A stretch of DNA of 64,000 nt from a virus: the IMG/VR virus record IMGVR_UViG_3300031473_000068; one strand, 5' to 3'. The notes under the pieces are model-generated. The model made no database searches. It saw nothing but the letters and a program-made list of their open reading frames with translations, and had not been told where the DNA came from. The position numbers and the translations under genes were made by a program. Below, in pieces: positions 26,488 to 36,729 of this stretch (position 1 is the stretch's first letter; every line of letters starts with the position of its first letter).

Positions 26488-27963
26488 ATGACCGAAACGC
26501 TCGACATAAACAAACTAAAAACAGCAAAGATTAAATGCTTAAAATCATTCTTGTTTTTTACCAGATATTTTTTCAAAGCGCAGTATAAAAGGAAATTTAT
26601 AGTAGGCAGGCACCATGAAATAGTTGCAGAAGCACTTGAGAGAGTTTTAACAGGGAAATGCAAAAGACTCATTATTGAAATAGCTCCACGTTTTGGTAAA
26701 ACGGAATTAGCTGTTAAATCATTTATAGCGTATGGTTTAGCCTTAAATCCATCCGCAAAATTTATACACCTTTCATATTCAGATAGCCTTGCACTGGACA
26801 ACAGTGAAGCAATAAAAGACCTTATAGACAGCGAAGAATATCAACTTTTATTTCCTCGCGTAAAAATAAAGAGAAATACAAACGCAAAAGATAAATGGTA
26901 TTCTACTGAAAACGGAGGTGTATTAGCGCGTGCAAGCGCAGGAAGCGTTACCGGTTTTGGAGCTGGAAAAGTTGATGAAGAAGATATTGACATTGACGAG
27001 TTTATACAGGATAAAAACAACTTCGCAGGGTGCATTGTCATAGACGATCCGATTAAAGTTGACGAAGCTGACAGTGATACAATACGTGAAAGGGTAAATA
27101 GTAGATTTGATAGCACGATAAGGACAAGGACAAACAGTAGAAACACACCAATTGTGCTTATAATGCAGAGAACACACCCTAATGATTTAGCTGGGTATTT
27201 GCAAAGAAAAGTGGAGCAAGATAAATGGGAGGTTATTAGCCTGCCTGTTATAAATCCAGACGGAACGGCATTGTGGCCATTTAAAATGACAGTTGAGGAG
27301 GCATTAGCTGCAAAACATGCAAATGAATTGGTTTTTGAACGACAGTACATGCAAAATCCTCAACCTCGCACCGGCCTTATGTTCCCTCTGCAAGACCTTT
27401 CTTTTTTTAATTATAATGAAATTGACAATCTTCTTAAAGATCCTGATCACAATTATATTTGTGCAGATCCTGCCGACCAGGGAGGAGATGATTTTGCAAC
27501 GATAGATACAAGGCTTATTGGCAACAAAATCTATATTCCTAATGTGATTTATAATACCGACGGTGAGGATATAAATGCGGCATCATTGGCAGAGTTGGTA
27601 TTAAAGACTAAGACAAGTAATGTAGGCATAGAAAGTGTAATGGGATGGAAAGAGACGGCTATAAAAATAAGGGAAGATTTGCAGACCAAAGGCTTTGAAG
27701 GTGAAGTACGAATGCTTCGCCCTCGTACTGGTAAGCTGGCAAGAATAAGTAACCGGGCTTCATTCATAAAAAATAATTTTGTTTTCAGAGATGATTATGA
27801 ACAATTGCCACAGTATGCAAAGTTTATTCGCAACTTAACCTCATATCTTAAAATACAGGAACCGGGCAAGATGAACAAACATGATGATGCACCCGATGTT
27901 TGCGAAATGGGAGCAGATTATTATGAAAAAAATTTTCCATCTTTATGGCCTGTTAAAATTTAA
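26488..27963 (+). CDS. terL: Terminase large subunit
   Basis: APRFGKT Walker A, VIDDP Walker B, DPADxGxD and HDDAPD nuclease motifs. Confidence 0.93.
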   Translation: MTETLDINKLKTAKIKCLKSFLFFTRYFFKAQYKRKFIVGRHHEIVAEALERVLTGKCKRLIIEIAPRFGKTELAVKSFIAYGLALNPSAKFIHLSYSDSLALDNSEAIKDLIDSEEYQLLFPRVKIKRNTNAKDKWYSTENGGVLARASAGSVTGFGAGKVDEEDIDIDEFIQDKNNFAGCIVIDDPIKVDEADSDTIRERVNSRFDSTIRTRTNSRNTPIVLIMQRTHPNDLAGYLQRKVEQDKWEVISLPVINPDGTALWPFKMTVEEALAAKHANELVFERQYMQNPQPRTGLMFPLQDLSFFNYNEIDNLLKDPDHNYICADPADQGGDDFATIDTRLIGNKIYIPNVIYNTDGEDINAASLAELVLKTKTSNVGIESVMGWKETAIKIREDLQTKGFEGEVRMLRPRTGKLARISNRASFIKNNFVFRDDYEQLPQYAKFIRNLTSYLKIQEPGKMNKHDDAPDVCEMGADYYEKNFPSLWPVKI

Positions 27964-27967
27964 AATT

Positions 27968-28138
27968 ATGAAACAAGATCATTTTATGAAAGCGCTGCAA
28001 AAGGATCAAGCAAAAGTTAAATCAAACGCAATAACTGTTAAGCCATTTCCGGGCAAAGTACAAAAGGCCAGGACTATGATTGATAAACTTGCTCATGCTA
28101 AAGTTGTTTCAGCTTCCATTAAAGGTTTTAAGGAATAA
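27968..28138 (+). CDS. Small basic hypothetical protein
   Basis: ATG 4 nt after terL stop. Confidence 0.5.
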   Translation: MKQDHFMKALQKDQAKVKSNAITVKPFPGKVQKARTMIDKLAHAKVVSASIKGFKE

Positions 28139-28155
28139 ATTGAAAGCAAAAAGTT

Positions 28156-28404
28156 ATGACAATTGAATTAACTGCCAGGCAGGTGCATCATATTTATCAA
28201 ACTTTGCCATTACCCGATAAATGGATATCGGACAAAGGGATAAACAGTGCTTATGTTGTTGCTTTAGACGACAATCTTTTCGATTCTTTTTCTTATAAAA
28301 ATCAAGTGTTTGACAACGATCCAATCGCAATACGATTTGAAATAGATACCCATGCCCAGCCTTACGAATGGAAGCCATGTATTGACATAATAATTAAGTC
28401 GTGA
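28156..28404 (+). CDS. Hypothetical protein
   Basis: 82-aa ORF. Confidence 0.6.
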   Translation: MTIELTARQVHHIYQTLPLPDKWISDKGINSAYVVALDDNLFDSFSYKNQVFDNDPIAIRFEIDTHAQPYEWKPCIDIIIKS

Positions 28405-28510
28405 CAGATAAACTGTTTTAGGCATCCTTATTTTTTAAAATAATTATTATTTACCTTGCATTTATTATAAAATTTTTTAGATTTATTATTTTAAAAACAA
28501 ACAAACAATC

Positions 28511-28675
28511 ATGCAAACAACAAAAGAAACCGTCATTACCACAAAAGAAACAGAGCAACCTGTAAAAGAAATCACAATTCAAAAGGGCAGTGATATTGAA
28601 CAGCAGTTGCCGGTTCCTAACACGGAAATAGAAAAGATCAGGGTAACTAATCCTGAAGACCTGCCGAAATCTTAG
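28511..28675 (+). CDS. Small hypothetical protein (54 aa, not in ORF track)
   Basis: MQTTKETVITTKETEQPVKEITI...; A-rich leader. Confidence 0.5.
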   Translation: MQTTKETVITTKETEQPVKEITIQKGSDIEQQLPVPNTEIEKIRVTNPEDLPKS

Positions 28676-28695
28676 GGTAATGTCTATCCGTTGAC
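28670..28695. repeat. 26-bp direct repeat, copy 1
   Basis: TCTTAGGGTAATGTCTATCCGTTGAC, identical at 29012-29037. Confidence 0.9.
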
Positions 28696-28736
28696 TCAAG
28701 GACTGGAATTTTACGAGAATTTTATAAAATAACAAT

Positions 28737-29036
28737 ATGATACCAGCAAAAGAATTAAAAAAATTAATAGGTTCAGGAATAGCTTTTCTTCATTGTAACA
28801 AGCTACCTGAAAGTGTATTAAGAGAATTGCTTATTCATGGTTATAGCTATAGGGAAGAAGTTACAGAAGAAGAAAAACAGATGACAATTATTAGTTGGGA
28901 TTACCCAAAAGAGAATATAGTATCGGGAGGTAATCCAGAGAAAGTTGAGAGTATAAAACAAACCTTGTTACTTTATAAAAAGACATCAGAAAAAAAAATA
29001 ACTACAAAACTTCTTAGGGTAATGTCTATCCGTTGA
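28737..29036 (+). CDS. Hypothetical protein between the 26-bp repeats
   Basis: 99-aa ORF whose stop lies in repeat copy 2. Confidence 0.6.
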   Translation: MIPAKELKKLIGSGIAFLHCNKLPESVLRELLIHGYSYREEVTEEEKQMTIISWDYPKENIVSGGNPEKVESIKQTLLLYKKTSEKKITTKLLRVMSIR

Positions 29037-29037
29037 C
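29012..29037. repeat. 26-bp direct repeat, copy 2
   Basis: Exact match to 28670-28695. Confidence 0.9.
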
Positions 29038-29056
29038 GAACGGTAAAACCATTATT

Positions 29057-29083
29057 AAGCATCCTCAAAAGGGGTGCTTTTTT
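29057..29083 (+). terminator. Rho-independent terminator
   Basis: AAGCATCCTC-AAAA-GGGGTGCTTTTTT. Confidence 0.65.
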
Positions 29084-29262
29084 ATTTATATAATAACACC
29101 TTCTTACTTATTACCATATCCGCAAAATAATCATTTTCGTAAAAATTAAATTTGTTTTCAAGCATAGTGATACTTAATGATAACCTTTCTGAAAGTCAAC
29201 AATTGTATCATAATATGTCTTAGCTCTTTGACATCCGCTTTTCTCATTTCAAAACAAAATTT

Positions 29263-29493
29263 ATGAAATGGCTTGCAAAGCATACAGAAGTCAACTATCC
29301 TCATGGTGCTACAAGATTGCAGCGACGTTTCGCCTTTGTGCCAATTTACATATCGGGTAAAATGGTATGGCTTGAAACATTTGAAATATTGCAGATGTAC
29401 GAAGAAGTGTCATATACAATAAAAATTGACGGCATCGAGACAATATTTAAAGTAGCAAAATGGCTTAATGTTTCTAAAAGAATAATTGAATGA
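29263..29493 (+). CDS. Hypothetical protein
   Basis: ATGA-coupled to portal gene. Confidence 0.65.
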   Translation: MKWLAKHTEVNYPHGATRLQRRFAFVPIYISGKMVWLETFEILQMYEEVSYTIKIDGIETIFKVAKWLNVSKRIIE

Positions 29494-30920
29494 AGATAAG
29501 TACCCGCGGGTGGGATAATGCATATATTCCAGACAAAGTTTTTGTTGAACGGTTACAACCTGCACCCGCTTTTGAGTACAGCGAAACGGCACCTTCTCAT
29601 TTATCTGCTATTGAAAATCTACTAAATGGTTTTTATGCAAGTCAGAATTATTTGCAGCTTTTCTATATGCTGCCTGAAATATTCGCACCTGTTCATGAAA
29701 TAGCAAGTCGTGTAAGTGACGCAACATGGCAACTGCGTTCATTTGCTAATGATGAAGTACTTTATACCGATGATAATTTTAACCGTTTGTTTTCCCAGCC
29801 TAATCCGCTCAATACAATGAGGCAAATGGTTTATCAGGCTGTATGTTATGAAATAGTAATCGGTAAAAATTTCTTTTTTAAGAATATCCCCAAAACATTG
29901 CCTAATCAATTATCCTCTATTGTAGCATGGTGGAATCTGCCTGCAAATAATGTAAATGCAGATATGATAAAGGGCTATGATGCTTATTCTGCCACTGCAA
30001 TTACAGATTTTGTTAATAATTACAAAATACCGGATAACAAGGGAGGATATAGAATTTTTGATGTTAATAACGTTTTGCCTATTGTTAATTACTCGCTCGG
30101 TAATCCTACAGATATAAATGCGGCTTCCAGCATGTTAAAAGGTGCTGATAAAGCTATAAAAAATCTAATACCTGTTTATGAAGCACGACATACCATATAC
30201 ATCAAACGCGGTGCAATGGGGTTTATGGCAAGCCGGAAAAAAGATGACAGTGGTATTGTGGCGCTTACATCCAAAGAAAAGAAAGATGCCATAAACGAAT
30301 TAAATTTCGATTACGGTCTGACAGGGGGGCGCGCTACGATTGGAGTGACTTCTGCACCGGTGGAATTTGTAAGAACGAATATGAGCATTTCGGAAATGGA
30401 GCCTTTTAATGAGACATTAGCCGATGCTGTAGCTATTTACAAAGTTTTAAGAGTACCACGGCATTTAGTTCCTTCAAAAGATAACAGCACTTTCGCTAAT
30501 GCAGATGCAGATTTGAAAAGTTTTTATTCTGATGTAATAATCCCTTGGGCAAAGCGATACGCTGAACTGTGGACAACATGGTTAGGTATTGACACTAAAT
30601 TAAATTATAAGAAGTATGTATATGCTGATTTTTCTCATATAGAAATACTTCACGAAAATAAAAAAGATAAAGCAGCAACCGATCAGATTCAGGGTGGTGT
30701 GATGCTTCAAAGGTTCAGTGCAGGTGTCGCGTCTCTAAACGATTGGTTGATATCATTAAGAGAAGAAGAAGTAAACCTGCCTATATATCAAAAGAAGCTG
30801 GGTGAAATGGATGAAACAGAGTTACAACTAATAAAAAGCTTTATAAACCTAAAAGTAAATGTCGCTACTTCAACAGAAGATAAAGGAAATCAAACTCCGG
30901 GCAGCACCGATCAATTATAG
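29490..30920 (+). CDS. Portal protein (HK97-like)
   Basis: QPNP motif, IAxxxxVPxxL...STFAN, size and position between terL and protease. Confidence 0.88.
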   Translation: MKISTRGWDNAYIPDKVFVERLQPAPAFEYSETAPSHLSAIENLLNGFYASQNYLQLFYMLPEIFAPVHEIASRVSDATWQLRSFANDEVLYTDDNFNRLFSQPNPLNTMRQMVYQAVCYEIVIGKNFFFKNIPKTLPNQLSSIVAWWNLPANNVNADMIKGYDAYSATAITDFVNNYKIPDNKGGYRIFDVNNVLPIVNYSLGNPTDINAASSMLKGADKAIKNLIPVYEARHTIYIKRGAMGFMASRKKDDSGIVALTSKEKKDAINELNFDYGLTGGRATIGVTSAPVEFVRTNMSISEMEPFNETLADAVAIYKVLRVPRHLVPSKDNSTFANADADLKSFYSDVIIPWAKRYAELWTTWLGIDTKLNYKKYVYADFSHIEILHENKKDKAATDQIQGGVMLQRFSAGVASLNDWLISLREEEVNLPIYQKKLGEMDETELQLIKSFINLKVNVATSTEDKGNQTPGSTDQL

Positions 30921-31842
30921 CACGGTCGCCATTAACGAACGTGGAGAATTGACCGATAATGATTTGGATAAGCGTATTATTAAAGGCTATCTGATTGTCT
31001 GGGGAGTAAAAAACGATTACGGAGAAAAGTGTATAAAAGGATGTTGTTCAAAATCAATCCGGGAAAGAGGCCCTCAAAGCAATGCAAAATATAAGATAAC
31101 ATTTCTCTGGCAGCATAAACAGGATGATCCCTTAGCATTATTTGCTAAGCTTGAAGAGGATGATTACGGGCTTTATTTTGAAACGTTACCTCTTGATGAT
31201 GTCCCAAATGCGGATCGTGCATTAAAGCAGGTACGGAGCAAAACTCTAAATCAATTTTCAGTAGGCTTTGATTATCTATGGGACAAAATGGAGTGGGATG
31301 AAAGCGATGAAAGCATTGTTATGAAAGAACTTGATTTGTTTGAAGGTTCTATCGTAACAATTGCCGCAAACAGAGAAACTTATGCATTACGAAGTAAAGA
31401 AAACCTGGAACTGCTTCATGATGACACACAAGATTTTATCACATCGCTTCCTCGTTCAAAACAACTGGAAGCGAGACAAATATTTGCCCGCCATAAGGAG
31501 CTTATTGTTAGGGAAATGGATATGACAAATGACTATTCCAATCCAAACATTGCGTTTATAGACAAGATGATACCACATCATCAGATGGCAATAGATATGA
31601 TTAATGAATTTAAAGCGAAGGTTAACAACGAGCCGCTAATAGGCATAATGAGTAACATATCTATTAGTCAAGCATCTGAAATAAAACAAATGAATAGTAT
31701 AAAAACAACTATAACTGCCCGTCATAAGACACTTTTAAATATTGAGCCGCTTGAGCAAAGCAACATAGCACTCGATAATGAAAAGCCGGATGAGAAAGGA
31801 GGCGTGAATTACAATTACTTAACAGAAAACTTTTCATTTTAA
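30859..31842 (+). CDS. HK97-type prohead protease with C-terminal DUF305-like insert
   Basis: FLWQH, GLYFE, FSVGF, LFEGSIV...AAN motifs; insert MIPHHQMAIDM. Confidence 0.88.
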   Translation: MSLLQQKIKEIKLRAAPINYSTVAINERGELTDNDLDKRIIKGYLIVWGVKNDYGEKCIKGCCSKSIRERGPQSNAKYKITFLWQHKQDDPLALFAKLEEDDYGLYFETLPLDDVPNADRALKQVRSKTLNQFSVGFDYLWDKMEWDESDESIVMKELDLFEGSIVTIAANRETYALRSKENLELLHDDTQDFITSLPRSKQLEARQIFARHKELIVREMDMTNDYSNPNIAFIDKMIPHHQMAIDMINEFKAKVNNEPLIGIMSNISISQASEIKQMNSIKTTITARHKTLLNIEPLEQSNIALDNEKPDEKGGVNYNYLTENFSF

Positions 31843-31843
31843 C

Positions 31844-33283
31844 ATGAAACAAAAATTTTTGAAATTTCCACAAAGAGCAATGCGTTTTGCGCCTCGCATT
31901 GAATCCCGCAGAATGGGCTTTAAGGCAGGTATGGATCATTTTCGCACAACTGCATATAGAGCAGATGGTGAAGTAGACGAAACTGCTTTGCTTGAGAAAG
32001 TAAAAGCTGCAGCACGTACCGAAATGGAAACCCGGGGTTTCCAAAATGCCGACCAGGTAAAAAGTGTTGTTGATACCATTCTCGCAAACATGCCACTTGA
32101 TGCTTTGCGCAAGTACAACGACGATAAAACCATACTTGAGACATCAGTTCGCAATATTGCCGGCGAAGTAGAAAAACTAAATAACCGGGCGTCTAAAGTA
32201 GCAGAAGCGAAGGCTAATGCTATTGTGGAGGCAATGGATAGTAAACTGCCAGGAGAAGACAAAACGCAATGGGAAAAAGTTGAGCTCGCCATGCGCAGCA
32301 GAGGTGGAAGCAACCATCAGGATGTTGTACACCTTAATGTACGTGCAGCGGCTACAATGACACTGGCTAATACCGTAGATGACACAACATTTACCGTACC
32401 TGTCACAATAGTGGAAAGCATGTCAATGGCCGAGTTTGTTCCTAAACGCAGAGGCAATCAGTTTATATACGACATAGCTGACAGAACTGTTTTAGATGAG
32501 ATTACACAATATAAAACATGGCTGGAAGAAGGCGTTGAACAAGGTTCCTTTGCTATTGTAGCAGAAGGCGCCGTTAAGCCTCTTGTTTCAAGTGGTTTGG
32601 TAAGAAATTTCGCTCAGGCAAAAAAGGTTGCAGGAAAATACGTTGTCACAGAAGAATTTGTAAAATTTAGAAAGGAAGCGTTCAATATTATTCGCAGAAT
32701 CATTAACGATAAAATGCTTCGTGATTATGCTGCAATACTTGTTGTTGATCTTAACGCCCAGGCTTCCAACTATGTAGGCACTTCTTTGGATGATCAGATA
32801 GCAGCTCCCACCGATTATGATGCTATCGGGGCAGTGGCTTCTCAAATTGAAACATTAAATTTTAATCCTGATGTGTTGATTATACATCCGCAGGATAAGT
32901 GGAGGTTGGCACTTGAGAAGGATACCCAGGGTCGTTATTTTATGATGATCCCGATGGTAGGACCGGACAATACAGTGACCATGATGGGCTTCCGGGTAGT
33001 AACGTCAACTTATCAAACATTAGGCTCATTCACACTAGGTGAAAGTAATTTGTTTAAGATAGAAGAAGAACCTATTACCGTTCGTATGGGTTATGGCATC
33101 AGCGTTACTTACACTACCGTTTCCGGAACTGCAGTTGTGCAGGATGTTATATCTGATTTCGACAGCAACAAAATGAGGGTAATTATAGAAACATGGTTTA
33201 ACGATTGGTTACCTACTCCTTATATCGGTTCATACGTCAAAGCATCGTTTGCGACCGTAAAAGCTGCGTTACTTAAACCTTAA
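31844..33283 (+). CDS. Major capsid protein (HK97 fold)
   Basis: Follows protease; N-terminal coiled delta-like region, VAEGAVKP motif, terminator downstream. Confidence 0.88.
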   Translation: MKQKFLKFPQRAMRFAPRIESRRMGFKAGMDHFRTTAYRADGEVDETALLEKVKAAARTEMETRGFQNADQVKSVVDTILANMPLDALRKYNDDKTILETSVRNIAGEVEKLNNRASKVAEAKANAIVEAMDSKLPGEDKTQWEKVELAMRSRGGSNHQDVVHLNVRAAATMTLANTVDDTTFTVPVTIVESMSMAEFVPKRRGNQFIYDIADRTVLDEITQYKTWLEEGVEQGSFAIVAEGAVKPLVSSGLVRNFAQAKKVAGKYVVTEEFVKFRKEAFNIIRRIINDKMLRDYAAILVVDLNAQASNYVGTSLDDQIAAPTDYDAIGAVASQIETLNFNPDVLIIHPQDKWRLALEKDTQGRYFMMIPMVGPDNTVTMMGFRVVTSTYQTLGSFTLGESNLFKIEEEPITVRMGYGISVTYTTVSGTAVVQDVISDFDSNKMRVIIETWFNDWLPTPYIGSYVKASFATVKAALLKP

Positions 33284-33297
33284 TTTAATAATAAATA

Positions 33298-33326
33298 AAG
33301 GGAAAACGCGCTTTGTGTTTTCCCTT
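33298..33326 (+). terminator. Hairpin after capsid gene
   Basis: AAGGGAAAAC...GTTTTCCCTT. Confidence 0.6.
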
Positions 33327-33340
33327 CAACAAATTATATC

Positions 33341-33751
33341 ATGCCACAAGATTTTATGACAGAAGCGAACGGACAACCTATGAGTCCTCAAAAGCTAAAA
33401 AGCTTGCAGGAACAAGCCAAAAGAAACGGGGAAGTTTTCCCCTACGATATGACAACCGTATATGCGTCCTCTAAGCTTGTTCAAAGCAATTCATTGCCGG
33501 AAATTACGAAGGCCGGCCAGCCAATGGATGTCCACACAGCGATTGCCGAAAAAATGTTCGCTTCAGGTAAAGCAACTAAAGATCAACCCAAAGAAGCACA
33601 ACCGACAGAGGAAGAAATCGTTAAAGGTTTTATTCAAAAAATTGCATTGGCAAAAACAATTGACGAGGTAAATGCATTGGTTCCCGAAACCGAAAAGAGG
33701 AAGCCCGTTAAAGAAGCGGCAGTTAAGAGGCTTAATGAGTTAGCAAAATAA
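33341..33751 (+). CDS. Head-associated hypothetical protein
   Basis: Position after major capsid gene. Confidence 0.6.
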   Translation: MPQDFMTEANGQPMSPQKLKSLQEQAKRNGEVFPYDMTTVYASSKLVQSNSLPEITKAGQPMDVHTAIAEKMFASGKATKDQPKEAQPTEEEIVKGFIQKIALAKTIDEVNALVPETEKRKPVKEAAVKRLNELAK

Positions 33752-33752
33752 T

Positions 33753-34601
33753 ATGCCGCTCATTGACCATACTTATTTTATCGGTGAGTTAAACATACCT
33801 AACACCGATAAACCGGAAGTCTTTGAAGAATTGATGCATTTCATTGCTGTATATGAAGAAAAGTTCTTTAACGAGGTTTTCGGATATAGTTTTTATAAAG
33901 CCTTTAAAACCGGAATATCCGCAGAAGATGTCGACCAGCAAAGGTGGATTGACCTGTTACTGGGAACAGAGTACGGTAATAGTTACTGGAAAGGGTTGCT
34001 GCAAAACGCATCGATAACATCCGGAAGTTCTTTGAATGGGTACGATTATAAGCCGCCCCAACTTATCCGGGTGGGTGTGACTACAGATGCAAACGGAAAT
34101 GTAATAATTGCTGCGGATTCGGTTTCAGTAACAAAATCTGACTGGATTGGCTGGGATGTCATTATTGAGAAAATCGGCTTTGGAACAATGAAAGTTAACA
34201 TTGACTATAACTATGACAAAGGTCTTGGTAAGGTTGATTTAACCGATAATGTGTTTGTTCAGGATGAATTTTATTTTGTAGAGTTTCAACTAAACAAAAC
34301 TACATCCGGCCCTTCTGTATCGTCAACGCTTAAAAAAAGCATGATAGCGAACTATGTGTATTACTGGTATATGCGCAATGGAGTTTCAACTACGACAGGA
34401 ACTGGTGAAGCAAAGAACAAAACCGAAAATGCATTTGCAGTAAGTTCCGCTGATAAAATGATAAGAGCGTGGAATGAAATGGTTGAACAAGTTTGGGAAT
34501 TATCGGGTTATCTTAATTATTCTGCTCTTATGTATACCGACTGGAATCCGAGTATGATTTTAAGAAATGTTTACCGTAAAATTAATGCATTTGGGATATG
34601 A
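33753..34601 (+). CDS. Head-tail adaptor-like protein with an internal inserted module
   Basis: LIDxTYFIGELxIP...SMIANYVYYWY pattern of Bacteroidota siphophage connectors. Confidence 0.65.
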   Translation: MPLIDHTYFIGELNIPNTDKPEVFEELMHFIAVYEEKFFNEVFGYSFYKAFKTGISAEDVDQQRWIDLLLGTEYGNSYWKGLLQNASITSGSSLNGYDYKPPQLIRVGVTTDANGNVIIAADSVSVTKSDWIGWDVIIEKIGFGTMKVNIDYNYDKGLGKVDLTDNVFVQDEFYFVEFQLNKTTSGPSVSSTLKKSMIANYVYYWYMRNGVSTTTGTGEAKNKTENAFAVSSADKMIRAWNEMVEQVWELSGYLNYSALMYTDWNPSMILRNVYRKINAFGI

Positions 34602-35410
34602 CCGGGGATGAAGTATTGTATATCGTTGATATTATCAGAGAAGTAGTAGAGGCAGTAAGTACAAAACTTACTCCTCAGTTGCAGGCAGTACAACCAACTA
34701 TAACCGGCGTTCATTATTTGGTAGGTCATCATACAGAGATAAGATCCCGGTTGCAGGGATTATCAAAAATGCAAACAGGAAAATTTGACAGGTACCCGTT
34801 AATAGCTCTTTTTCAGGATTTTACATTAAGAAGAGGTCGCAGTGAAGGTTACTTCGGATATGCCCCGCTTCAACTGATGATATTATATCATACAAAAAAA
34901 GAAAGCTATACTGAGGAAAGGTACGCTACAGTTTTTAAGCCTATACTTGAACCGATTAAAGTCGAATTTGAGAATCAGCTATACAAGCATAAAAATGTGG
35001 TTTATCAATATAAGGCACAAAGAGAGATAGACGAAACCGAAAGACCACATTGGGGAGCGCCTGCGAAGTACGGCAATGAAGGATATATACTGGACGATGT
35101 TTTAGACGGGATTGAATTATTTATACCAAAAGTAACTTTTAAACAAGATGACTGTTCCGTTAATCCGCTTTTGAGAGGTCGCAGCGGAATAAGTGCTACT
35201 CCTATACCTTATCCATTTAAAAAAAGGTTGCCTTTTGCTTATAGTCAAACTATTGCTGCATCTGAACATCTTTTACAGTCTATAAGCGGAATAACTGTAC
35301 TTACTCCATCGAAAGCTGAAATAGAGGTGTACACTGAAATCAGAGAAAACAAAACGGTGTATATAGAAAGTAACGCTTCCTTATTAAATCATGAGATAAT
35401 AATTTTTTAA
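34598..35410 (+). CDS. Tail terminator/completion-like protein with C-terminal extension
   Basis: YPLIALFQD, RYxxVFKPILxPI; position in the neck region. Confidence 0.55.
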   Translation: MTGDEVLYIVDIIREVVEAVSTKLTPQLQAVQPTITGVHYLVGHHTEIRSRLQGLSKMQTGKFDRYPLIALFQDFTLRRGRSEGYFGYAPLQLMILYHTKKESYTEERYATVFKPILEPIKVEFENQLYKHKNVVYQYKAQREIDETERPHWGAPAKYGNEGYILDDVLDGIELFIPKVTFKQDDCSVNPLLRGRSGISATPIPYPFKKRLPFAYSQTIAASEHLLQSISGITVLTPSKAEIEVYTEIRENKTVYIESNASLLNHEIIIF

Positions 35411-35411
35411 A

Positions 35412-36152
35412 ATGGCAATTAAAACACAAGGTGCTGGTTTAGACTTTTTAAAAGTCGGTGTTATAAAAGATGCGCTTTCAAACCCTTTAACGACAACCCT
35501 TAAAAATACACTTGCCACTACATTAGGAGCAGCACATAAAGGACTGATAGTTTATGACACAGATTTACTAAGGCTTCAATCGTGGAATGGTACGGCCTTC
35601 GTTGATCCACCATCTGCGCAAACAGGTTTAACACCTAAAGGGAATGTGGCTTTTAATGCAACGGTTCCTGTATCTCCAATAATAGGTGATCTATATGTTT
35701 TTAGTTCTGCAGGTTCAAACACCTGGCAGGGTACTAACGTTGTACAGGTTGGTGATCAGGTTTATTGGGATGGCACAACCTGGCAATTTATCCAAGGCAA
35801 TACCGTTTCCTCTACGGAAGCTATCGCAGGCATTATTGCTATAGCAACACAAGCACTGACAAACACCGGTACAGACGATTCTACAGCAATTACTCCTTTA
35901 AAATTGGCGACATTTATAGGAGCGACTAAGAAGCTGGCTAAAACATATTTTGTTTCCTCGGTAACTACTGTAGCTGATACGCCACTTACAATAAATCATG
36001 CTTTAGCTCTTCAAAACAGAGATGCTTTCGTTTTAAGTTTTAAAGTTGGTAATTCTGACGAGGGTGTAGATTATGATAGCGTGGATGTAAATAATTGCAC
36101 AATAACTACAGGAAGTGCAAGGACAGGGAGTGTTTTTATAACAGGATATTAA
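35412..36152 (+). CDS. Fibre/decoration-like structural protein
   Basis: STEAIAGIIAIATQA...DDSTAITPLKL tail-fibre repeat motif. Confidence 0.55.
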   Translation: MAIKTQGAGLDFLKVGVIKDALSNPLTTTLKNTLATTLGAAHKGLIVYDTDLLRLQSWNGTAFVDPPSAQTGLTPKGNVAFNATVPVSPIIGDLYVFSSAGSNTWQGTNVVQVGDQVYWDGTTWQFIQGNTVSSTEAIAGIIAIATQALTNTGTDDSTAITPLKLATFIGATKKLAKTYFVSSVTTVADTPLTINHALALQNRDAFVLSFKVGNSDEGVDYDSVDVNNCTITTGSARTGSVFITGY

Positions 36153-36156
36153 TTTT

Positions 36157-36717
36157 ATGGCGAGTAAAAGATCAAGCGTATTAACAGAGCAAGCTCAATT
36201 AAGTGCCGATCCTTCGTCGCCTGTTGCAGGCTATTCAGTAATCTTTCCAAAGTCAGACGGTAAGTGGTATGCTAAAAATTCTGACGGAACGGTAACAGAG
36301 GTGACAAGTTCAATTATCCCAAAACAAACACTGGGTATTTCGCTGGGTAATTCTACTTATGCTGCTGCAACTTTAGTATATCAGTCTCTTTTAGGCTCAA
36401 GTTCAGGAGCAAGTAATTCAGTAGAAACAACAAAACAACTTGCCTGGATTCTTCCAGGCACTTTTAATGCTTTGTATGTTTACATGCATTCCGCTCAACC
36501 GTCTACAGGCTCAATTACTTTTACATTAAGAAAAGGCGGAGCCGCAACTGCATTAAAAGTTATTGTTCCACTTAGTGGTGCAGCAGGTTTATATACTGAT
36601 CTTACAAACAGTGTTACAAACTTAGCCGGAGACCAAATGTCTTTGGAGATAAACAATGCAGCTTCAGGTACTTCCGGTGGAGTTAGGGGTTTTACATTAG
36701 TGCATACACCTACATAA
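36157..36717 (+). CDS. Structural hypothetical protein (S/T/G-rich, beta-rich)
   Basis: Composition and position. Confidence 0.55.
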   Translation: MASKRSSVLTEQAQLSADPSSPVAGYSVIFPKSDGKWYAKNSDGTVTEVTSSIIPKQTLGISLGNSTYAAATLVYQSLLGSSSGASNSVETTKQLAWILPGTFNALYVYMHSAQPSTGSITFTLRKGGAATALKVIVPLSGAAGLYTDLTNSVTNLAGDQMSLEINNAASGTSGGVRGFTLVHTPT

Positions 36718-36729
36718 AATTTATAACAC

